Assembly (NCBI GenBank): GCA_934281515.1
Contig: CAKQXG010000002.1
Coordinates: 1 to 54,808 of the forward strand
Source of the DNA: an uncultured Clostridia bacterium
GTDB lineage: Bacteria; Bacillota; Clostridia; Christensenellales; CAG-314
DNA: 54,808 bases
Direction: 5' to 3'
In this document: positions 27,053-35,500 of the stretch, piece after piece
Layout of the letters: every line of letters begins with the position of its first letter
Position numbering within the stretch: the first letter of the stretch is position 1
Notes under the pieces: model-generated
Told to the model about the DNA's origin: nothing
The model's database searches: none
What the model saw: the letters and a program-made list of their open reading frames with translations, nothing else
Translations under genes and position numbers: made by a program

Positions 27053-27213
27053 CCTCTAGCGCACAAACTGATTGTGCCGTCGCATATTTTCAACAGGGTA
27101 GACAACGTAACCGCGAATTGCGCCGCCTTTGCGCAGATTCCCGCTTGTTGTCCGACGAAGTTCATTCAACTTGTCGAATTTCTCCGTGCAAAGCAAGATT
27201 TAATTTTTCTCTG

Positions 27214-27225
27214 CCCCCCCCCCCC
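27214..27225. repeat. C12 (G12 on the minus strand) homopolymer in the divergent intergenic region
   Basis: Counted directly: ctg-cccccccccccc-taaaa. It is the only G/C run this long that I noticed in the window. Confidence 0.95.
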
Positions 27226-27311
27226 TAAAATCCCACTATATTGTACCGCGCCGCAAAGCGTTTGTCAATACACACTTATCCGTTGACCTGCCGAGAAATT
27301 GCCGTTTAATG

Positions 27312-27400
27312 CCGAAAAATTTGCAATACACTGCAAAAACTTTCAATTTTTCAAAGTTTTTGCAATTGATTGCAAAAACTTGTTGTAAAACTCCGCAAAA
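27312..27400 (+). promoter_or_regulatory. helically phased TGCAA(T/A)/A-tract direct repeats upstream of the ATPase promoter
   Basis: TTTGCAATACACTGCAAAAACTT (27320-27342) and TTTGCAATTGATTGCAAAAACTT (27359-27381). TGCAA boxes fall at 27322, 27332, 27361 and 27371. GCCGAAAAA and CCGCAAAAA flank them in the same roughly 10-bp register. Confidence 0.6.
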
Positions 27401-27411
27401 AGTGCTACAAT
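27383..27411 (+). promoter_or_regulatory. sigma-70 promoter of the AAA ATPase gene
   Basis: TTGTAA-N17-TACAAT. The SD AAGGAG follows at 27423-27428. Confidence 0.6.
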
Positions 27412-27437
27412 AGTTACAATACAAGGAGATTTTGTCC

Positions 27438-28646
27438 ATGATACAACGCACAAACTACATTTCCCTACTGCGCAAATGGCAAAAACAACCGCTGATCAAG
27501 GTCGTTACCGGCATACGACGTTGCGGCAAGTCTACTTTGCTGAAGATGTTTGCCGACCAACTTCGCGCCGACGGCGTTGCCGACCGACAAATAATTTATC
27601 TCAACTTCGAGGATTTGTCCAACGAACATCTAACCGACTACCGCGCCATGCACGACTACATCACACAACGGGTGTGCAACGACGCATACACCTACATATT
27701 TCTGGACGAGGTACAGTGCGTAAAGGATTTTCAACGGGCGGTGGACAGCTTGTACGTGCGAGACAATGTGGACATCTACATAACCGGTTCCAACGCCTAC
27801 ATGCTATCAGGCGACCTGGCAACATTGCTCAGCGGACGTTATGTTGAGATACTCATGTTGCCGTTTTCCTTTGCGGAGTACCGCCAACTTGACAGCAGCG
27901 TTTCGGACGACGAAGCCTTTGGACATTACCTGTCCACGGGCGGATTTCCGTACGTTGCCACGCTTGCCGACAAACAAATGTCCGACGCATACCTGGAAGG
28001 CATCTACAATACAATCGTCGTCAAAGATGTGGAGTACCGCCAAACGCGTAAACCCCTGCAATCGGCAACCGACGTAGCCCTGATACGCCTGCTTGCACGC
28101 TACCTTGCCGACGTGACAGGCAACCTTGTATCGGTAAAAAGCATTGCCGACTACCTGACAAGCAACGGACGTAAAGTATCGCCGCACACCATTGCCGACT
28201 ACATCGACGCGCTTGTCGAAGCCTTTGTTCTGTACCCTGCCGACAGATACGATGTATCGGGCAAGAAATTGCTAAAAACCAACAAAAAATACTACATTGT
28301 GGACACCGGTCTACGCCGTCATCTGGTAGGCAAACGCGGCTACGACATCGGTTGCGAGCTTGAAAACGTTGTGTACCTGCAACTACTACGCCTTGGTTAC
28401 AAAGTATTTGTAGGAAAGGTGGGAACCAAGGAGATTGACTTTGTTGCAAAACGAGGCGATGTGACGGAGTACTACCAGGTGTCGGCAAGCATAGTAGCCA
28501 AAGAGACCTTCGAACGAGAAACGTCATCGCTGCTTGCCGTTAAAGACAACTACCCCAAAACGATACTGACCCTTGACCGCTTTACCGAAGGCAACTACGG
28601 GGGGATTGTAGTAAAAAATGTCGTAGATTGGCTGTTGGATAAGTAA
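27438..28646 (+). CDS. COG1373-type AAA+ ATPase (AAA_14 plus DUF4143) with a nuclease-like C-terminus
   Basis: Walker A GIRRCGKST and Walker B YIFLDEVQ. The C-terminal motif KEIDFVAKRGDVTEYYQV resembles the ExDF(V/I)...Q(V/I)K PD-(D/E)xK-like tail of this family. The start is set to the ATG at 27438 (9 nt after the SD) rather than the TTG at 27432. Confidence 0.85.
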   Translation: MIQRTNYISLLRKWQKQPLIKVVTGIRRCGKSTLLKMFADQLRADGVADRQIIYLNFEDLSNEHLTDYRAMHDYITQRVCNDAYTYIFLDEVQCVKDFQRAVDSLYVRDNVDIYITGSNAYMLSGDLATLLSGRYVEILMLPFSFAEYRQLDSSVSDDEAFGHYLSTGGFPYVATLADKQMSDAYLEGIYNTIVVKDVEYRQTRKPLQSATDVALIRLLARYLADVTGNLVSVKSIADYLTSNGRKVSPHTIADYIDALVEAFVLYPADRYDVSGKKLLKTNKKYYIVDTGLRRHLVGKRGYDIGCELENVVYLQLLRLGYKVFVGKVGTKEIDFVAKRGDVTEYYQVSASIVAKETFERETSSLLAVKDNYPKTILTLDRFTEGNYGGIVVKNVVDWLLDK

Positions 28647-28665
28647 CTACAATTACAAAAATTTG

Positions 28666-28694
28666 TTGCAAAACGGCAAAAATTGCGCTATAAT
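28666..28694 (+). promoter_or_regulatory. sigma-70 promoter of the YegP-like gene
   Basis: TTGCAA-N17-TATAAT, starting 20 nt after the ATPase stop. The surrounding sequence (TTGTTGCAAAACGGCAAAAATTGC) resembles the ATPase promoter (TTGTTGTAAAACTCCGCAAAAAGTGC). Confidence 0.6.
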
Positions 28695-28788
28695 TAGTTT
28701 AGAAAGCAGCAACGGGACGGCAGACATCACATACGCACTTTGCGTTGCGTACCGCCGGTCGCCGTTGCTTTACAAAGGAGTTGCAAAC

Positions 28789-29184
28789 ATGGAATTGAAG
28801 GGCAGATTTGAGTGTTACAAAACGGCAAACGGGTACTTCAACTACAGACTGAAGGCACCCAACAACGAAACCCTTGCGGTTAGCGGCAGTACCGGCTACA
28901 GCACCGCAAGCAACTGCAAAACGGGCATCGAAGCCATGAAGAAATGGCTCAACAGCCCCATAGAGGATCAGACTCTCAAAAAGCCTACGCCCTTGGGTTA
29001 CCCCAAGTTTGAGCTATACCAGGACCGCGAAGGCAAGTTCCGCTACCGTCTGTTTGCCAGCAACGGAGAGCTTGTGGTGCGTTGCGAAAGCGGTTACGCC
29101 ACCAAAGACGCCTGCAAAAAGGGTATCGTAAGCCTTGCCAAGTGGGCAGACGGCGCCGAAGTTGTAAAGGTTGACAACAAATAG
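28789..29184 (+). CDS. tandem YegP/DUF1508 (UPF0339) protein, 131 aa
   Basis: Two repeats are present: FECYKTANGYFNYRLKAPNNETLAVSGSTGYSTASNCKTGIEAMKKW and FELYQDREGKFRYRLFASNGELVVRCESGYATKDACKKGIVSLAKW. The ATG at 28789 follows AAAGGAG; the track start at 28663 has no SD. Confidence 0.85.
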   Translation: MELKGRFECYKTANGYFNYRLKAPNNETLAVSGSTGYSTASNCKTGIEAMKKWLNSPIEDQTLKKPTPLGYPKFELYQDREGKFRYRLFASNGELVVRCESGYATKDACKKGIVSLAKWADGAEVVKVDNK

Positions 29185-29201
29185 TTTTGTGAGAGATTTA
29201 C

Positions 29202-29255
29202 GGGGAAAACCTTTTTAGACAAAAAGGTTTTCCCCGTACCCCTTTCCAAAAACTT
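29202..29255 (+). repeat. long-hairpin intergenic repeat, copy B
   Basis: GGGGAAAACCTTTTT-agac-AAAAAGGTTTTCCCC forms a perfect 15-bp stem. The tail is GTACCCCTTTCCAAAAACTT. Orientation matches copy A. Confidence 0.8.
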
Positions 29256-29493
29256 TTAGTAAGGTACTCGGAAGTCGTTTGGCGCAGTCCAAATCGATTT
29301 GACGGCGTAAAAATTGTTCTACAGGGGTAGAAAAAATACGTAAGGGGCGGTAAAAGATAATTTTGCCGTGGAAGGTACGGCAAACTAACCGTAAAAACTT
29401 TGCGGATATACAGGCGAATTGACAAATACCGCATTGCGCTTTGGACAAATTTTGTCGCGAAATTCCACCACCGTTACCAAAATTTAGTTACAA

Positions 29494-29531
29494 AAGAAAA
29501 AGGACGAGAAAAATTTTCTCGTCCTTTTTTG
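29494..29531. terminator. bidirectional rho-independent terminator downstream of the 2118-aa gene
   Basis: AAAGAAAA-AGGACGAGAA-aaatt-TTCTCGTCCT-TTTTTG: a 10-bp perfect stem. Confidence 0.8.
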
Positions 29532-29549
29532 TTGAGTTGTCAATAGATG

Positions 29550-32500
29550 TTACAAAGAGAAACCTTCACATGTATAAACAGTTCCTACTACAAGGTCATA
29601 TTCAGAAGTAAGGTTTGTATTAAGTCCCGGGCAACTCGCTACGGTCAATGTGTTTCCGGAAACCGTAAATGTTATTGTTTTTCCGACATTACCCAAATTT
29701 GCTCCCTGTGCCGTTACAGTAACTGTAAGTTCATTTCCTACAAGTACACCATTTGCAAATTCCACATAAAATCCGTATGAGCCAAATTCCATACGTCCTT
29801 CAATTCCGACAGCATCCGCAAATTGAATGGTTCTTGCAGTGTGAGTACCCATTACAAACTTGTAGTTTGCAAACACACTCTTGCCCAGCAGTTGCTTATT
29901 GTCAACATCAATGCCGTACGTCGTGCTACCGTCTGCCGTGTAGATTGTAATATTTGTTCCGCTTACTACGTAGGTTGCACTTTCTCCGGCATTGCCGTAA
30001 CCGTCAAGCACGATTGTACCTGCATCGTCGGGCAATGTGTACGTGCCTTGATAGCCGTCCTGAACCTTGGTATAGCTGCCTTCGCCAAGTTCCACAACAC
30101 GCATTGCGTTTGCCGCAATAAAGGTAATTTTGTTACCATCGGCAGTGTAAACAACCGATTGACCGCCGATTGCCAACGTGCCGTAGCCGTCAAGCTCGAT
30201 TGCGCCGTATTCACCCGTGTAGGTACCTGCTAAGCCGTCGGCAACAAGAATATTACCATTGTCGTAAGCATACAACAAGTTTCCGTTTGCTTCGGAAATA
30301 GTCATCTTTGTAGCCTTTGTAAGTTTAGTCACGTCGTTGTAAACCGTGCTACCCGATGAGAAAACAACGTCGTATATCACTTTCTCTTCGTAACAGAACA
30401 CCATCTTAGTCGTGCCGTCTTTGTACTCTACAGCTATCCACAAAGCGTAGTGAGATTTACCGGTTGCAGCGTTTTTGACACTCTTTACAGCAAATACGGA
30501 TGCTTTGCTTACACGGGCTTCATCAAAGCCGATCATGGTATCGTTATTTACACCTGTTTCGGATGAGGAATAACCATACCACACGATACCTGCAGCCTTG
30601 TTGAAGTAGATGTATCTTCCCAATACCATAAATCCATCGGCAATTGCCGCCTGTTCGTCGGTAAGAGTACCCGAAGTCAATCTACTTCCGCTGTACTTGC
30701 CTACAACATCGACTTTAAAGACTACGGTGCTTAATTTACTAATTTCGTAGCTCTCGCTCTTTCCATCTTCGTCCATATTCCAACCCTTGAAAGTACCATA
30801 AGACTCGGGAGCGCTAACCCACTTTGCAAAGAAGGTTGTGTTGCCTGTAAGTTTGTAACTTGTCGAAGCCTGTGCACCCCAGTTTTCACCGTCCTTAAGG
30901 AACCAACCTGCAAACGCCTTGCCTTCGTAGGTCAAAGCACTTGCATCGGGTATATCGCTGACATAATCGCCGACATACTTATTGTTTATACTTACTGCCG
31001 CGGTGCCTTGTCCGTTGTAGTCAAATATCAACTCCACTGCAGGATCGTACTTGGCGTAGTAGGTTTTGTTTTCCTTCAGTGTTACAGTGGTTTTTGCGGA
31101 TCCGCTAAACTCTGCGTTTTCGTACCAACCGCGGAACTTGTAACCTTCGATTGTCGGAGCGGTGTTAAGTTTTGTCGAAATATCATAAGGAATCGTTTGA
31201 TCGGCAAACACTCCTGCCAACTCGGCAAGGTCACCGAAATCGAACGACACGGTCACGTTGTAGGCTTCCATTGTGTACGCAGAACCGCTCAACGTAATCT
31301 TGTATGCTTGAGTATTGGTCATGGCAAGCAACGTGTAACCAGCTTCTTCGGCGGCTTTTGTATATGTGCCGCTGATATCGCCGACAGTAAAGTCGCCAAA
31401 GCCGTTAAGCGACAATGTTCCTTCACCAGTGTATTCGCCCATCAAACCGTCACTATTCAAAACCTTGTTGTTTGCAAGTTTGACAAATGCAATGCCGTCT
31501 TTGCTTACAACAACCGAACCCGACAAAGCATTTGCGAAAGTCTTTCCTTCGGGCAAAGTTACGTTTGCAACAATCTTGTTGTTGTACAGAAGCGCAGTCT
31601 TTACATCGCCGTTTGCGTAAGTTATTTGCATCAACGAAACGTAACTACCGCCGACAAAGTCACGACTTCCGCAATAATCGACGTTAGTAACGGTTCCTTC
31701 GAGGAAAGCAAGGTCGGTGTCGACGCCAACTCTTTTAGCATTGCCGCCGTTGTATTTTCTCCACATTGCGCCGAGTTCTTTGTTGAAGTAGTAGTAGGTG
31801 TCTTCCAATACCATGGAACCGTCCACAATTTGCATTTGTTCAGCTGTCAAGGTTCCCGTCTTTGAACTGTAGGCGAATGTGCCGTCCATATTAACGGTCA
31901 AAACGTCTTTCGTAAAACTCGACTGCGTGGAACCGCTTTTATTTCCGTACAAGTTCCAGCCTTTGTACACGCCTACCGATTTGGGCGCATCTGCCCACTT
32001 TGCATAGTAGGTTACGGAGTTTTGAAGAATGGTGTCGGCAGTTGCTTTTTCGCCCCAGTTTTCGCCGTCTTTAAGGAACCAACCGACAAACGATTGTCCG
32101 TCCTTTGTCAATTCGCTTGCATCGGGGATTACGTTGCCAATTGTATCGCCCTTAAATTTGTCGTTTATTACGACGTTTTCCGTGCCTTGTCCGTTGTAGT
32201 CAAATGTCAACGTCACTGCCGGATCGTACTTGGCGTAGACCGTTACGTCGGTGGTCAATTCGACGGATGTAATCTCGTTGCCAAAACCTGCCTCACTGTA
32301 CCAGCCGCGGAAAGTGTAGCCGTCTATCGTAGGCGCTATTTCTTCGGTCAGTTGATAGGTCGTGCCGTAAGCAAGGGTTGCGCTGTCTTTGGTTTGTCCT
32401 TCTACGCCGAGGTTGAAGGAAATGGTTACGTTCCATTCTTCCGCAGTGTAGGTACTGCCGTTCAACGTCACTTTGTAGGTCTTGTTTGCCGTCTTGGCAA

Positions 32501-35500
32501 GCAAGGTGTAGCCTGCGTCATTTGCCGCAATTGTGTAAGTCAACGCTTCGCCGCCGATAGTACCTGCGCCAAAACCGTTAATAACAAGGTTGCCAAGCGT
32601 TTCGTTGGTGTAGGTTCCGTCTTTGTAGTCGGGACTGTTTGGCGTGGTGATTGCAACGCCGTTGATAGTAAGGTTGGTCAACGCCACGAAACTTGCGGAG
32701 TTCAACATACTCTTCTTAAAATCAATCTGAACATGTTGTTCCGTTCCGTCGGAAGTTTTGCAGATAATTCCGACAAATTTTCTGCTTGTAATGCTGTCCT
32801 TAATTGTTTCGCTTTCGCGTTTTCCGTCTTTATAATATCTAAAATACAGTTCGTCCGAACCTGTCTTTACAAATGTCAGTTCGAACTCTACTTCCAACGG
32901 AGTGCCGCTCTTTGCAATAATCTCCAATTGAGCATGCGACGTTGCATATCCCGAACCGTTATTGGAACTCTTCCATGTTCCGCTTTCGGAATCATACACA
33001 AACGGATAGTTGCTTCCGCTACCCAGCTTGATTTCCCAACTTACGTCTTCGTTCCACTTGGCAACAAGGGTCATATTGCCACTGCAAACGTCGCTTTCGG
33101 TCAGCAACGCTTCTTCGGCGTCAACGATACCATTGCCGTTAGTGTCGATGTACCAAGCAACAAACGGACGTCCGGCGTTGTACTTGATATTAGCATTAGC
33201 CGTTGCGATGAGTTCGGCAATGTTGTCACCGTCGCCCATATACAAAGTTTTGTTGTCAATACCATGCCCGTACACAAGCGTAAGAGTTTTGAGAGGTGCC
33301 CACTTGGCGCGGATTGAAATAGAGCTGCCGCTTTCTTCAAGCAATACAAGATCTTCGCCCTCGACAAGCAACGATTCATCTTCTCCATCAACATAGTACC
33401 AACCGACAAACAACTTGGTGCCGTCTTTACTCTTGGTTTCATTGATTACATAGCCGGGCATTGCGGCAAGAATACTTTCGCCGACATTGACAAGGATCTC
33501 TCCGCTGTTACTTCCGTCGTCAAGATTGTAGAACGTCACCTTGGCAGGAGCAGCAAACAAAGCATAGTAAGTGTGGTCGCCTCCAGCTTGTTCAAGCGTA
33601 ATGGTCTCTACTCGTGTGTCTTCGTCAAACGTCGGAGTTGTGTACCAACCGAGGAATTTGTAACCTTCTTTTGTGGGCGTAGGCAAAGTAAATTCTACCT
33701 TGATGTTGACTGAGTCGCTTGTCTTGCCGTCGGGTAGTGTTCCTCCGTCGAGATCGTAGTTGATGGTAGTCATTACCTTTGTTTTGGTGTAGGTGTTGCC
33801 CTTAACCGTGACAAGGTAGTACTCCATACCGCCGTTGTCCAGCAGTACGTCAAACTCGTTGTCACTGCCTTCCACCTTGTTGTAAGTGCCGACAAGTTCG
33901 TAACCCAAACCCTTGACAGTGATGCCACCAACACCGTTGATGTACGCTTTTTCGCCGAGACCATCTGTGTAAATGCCTTCGTAACCGTCGCATACAACGT
34001 AGTCGGCTTTGCCGTCGGCGGAAACGACGCGCGCAAATGCGCCCACCTTGGTGCCGCTGGCGTCATTGACAATGACAACGGTGCTATCTGTGTAGTTGGC
34101 AATGGTCAACGCATTGCCTTCGAGGTCGACAAGAGTTGCGCCGAACACTACATTGTTTTCGTCGACAAAGAACATCGTGCTGCCGAGTTGCAAACAAACG
34201 GCTTTGTTACCGTAGAGCAAAAGGCTTGCGGCTTGCGCTTGCGTACCGGATACGGCAATTTGTTCGGTGCCTGCCACTGCGAAATAGTGACTTGCGGTCC
34301 TGCCGCTACCGCCCTTGTATATGTACAAGGCACTGCCGTCGGCGGAAACACAACCCCATGTGGTTTCTTCTTTGCCTACTGTTTCTTCGGTGTCCCAACC
34401 ATAGTCGTCGTAGCCCCAGCCGGCATTCGTTTTTTGTTTCCACGCAAAGGTTACGTTAAACTTGCCGGTAGAAGCATCATACCCACTGAATTGTACCTTT
34501 CCGTCTGTGTAGTAGTCAGCATCGCTTCTGTAGAATGTATCCGTAGACAATCCTGCTTCACCGACAACAAAACTGTATGTTATGTAGTATGATACGGAAT
34601 CGTTGTCGGGATCTTTGAAGTACTTACCGTTGATGTTGCCGTTGGCATTGCCGAAACTGACAAGCTGATAGGTCTTGCCTTCGTAGGGAGCAATGTGACG
34701 CGCGATTGCCACGTTGATTGTTTGTTCCGAACCGAACACCGTTGCCGTGTAGGCTTTGTTGCCTGCCGCGTCGTAGGTTGCGGGCGTTTCGGTCTTTGTC
34801 CACATCGGGTTGGTAAGCGCAGCTACTTCTTGTGTAAGTTCGGCATTGCACTTGCCGCATTTCACGTTGGCAACGCCTGCCGCCGTTTCGGTAGGTTCGG
34901 TTTCCCAACTGACAAATTGATACTCGCCGTGACCCGTTGCGGGAATTACTTCGTTGTCAAGCTTGGCATCGCAATACTCGCAGTGATGAGATTTGCTGCC
35001 GTTTTGCGTGCAGGTTGCAGGAGTGTCGATTGTCCAATCTGTCTCTGCTTTGTGCGCATTGGGGTCTACAGAAACAGTTTCCGTACGCGTGTGGTTGGAA
35101 TTATGTGCACAAGTATAGGTCTTGACGCCTGTGGCAGAGCAAGTTGCCGGCGTAGTGATTACGCCATCGTTCCACTCGTGTGCGTCGGGGTCTATTGCCA
35201 CCGATTCTGTCTTGGTGTGGTTGCTGTCATGCTTGCAGGTGAATGTTTTTACACCTTCGGCAGAACAAGTTGCAGGCGTGGTGATTGTGCCTTCGTCCCA
35301 GTCGTGCGCATTGGGGTCAATGGCGAGTGTAATAGTCGTGACTTCGTCACAACGTGAGCACTTTACCTTGTATTCGCCCTCGGCAATACATGTTGCCGCT
35401 TTACGACTGCCAGCCACTTCGGTACCATGTTCAAAGTCATGTCCGAGCGCTTCGCCTGTAGTAAAGGTTTCACCGCCGTGTTCCTTGCTCGACTCGCCGC

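Noticed and set aside
27013-27165. A 50-codon minus-strand ORF (MNFVGQQAGICAKAAQFAVTLSTLLKICDGTISLCARGCLGGTILLQSLK) upstream of the LytTR regulator, considered as a possible AgrD-like signalling pre-peptide.
   Set aside because: The nearest GGAG is about 16 nt from the ATG. The ORF overlaps the predicted promoter of the regulator operon. It lacks the amphipathic leader and acidic tail of AgrD-type peptides. No processing gene is nearby.
14054-28788. ORF-track start positions 14054, 16850, 24517, 26937, 27432, 28663 and 47852.
   Set aside because: In each case a downstream in-frame start has a proper Shine-Dalgarno sequence at 6-10 nt and gives a typical N-terminus. The N-terminal extensions lack an RBS or run into promoters. 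The starts were moved to 14090, 16832, 24427, 26904, 27438, 28789 and 47819.
29198-29448. Two overlapping 77-78-aa minus-strand ORFs in the 365-nt gap between yegP and the 2118-aa gene.
   Set aside because: They have no SD. They read through the long-hairpin repeat copy B. The translations are low complexity. The region is better explained as non-coding (repeat plus terminators).
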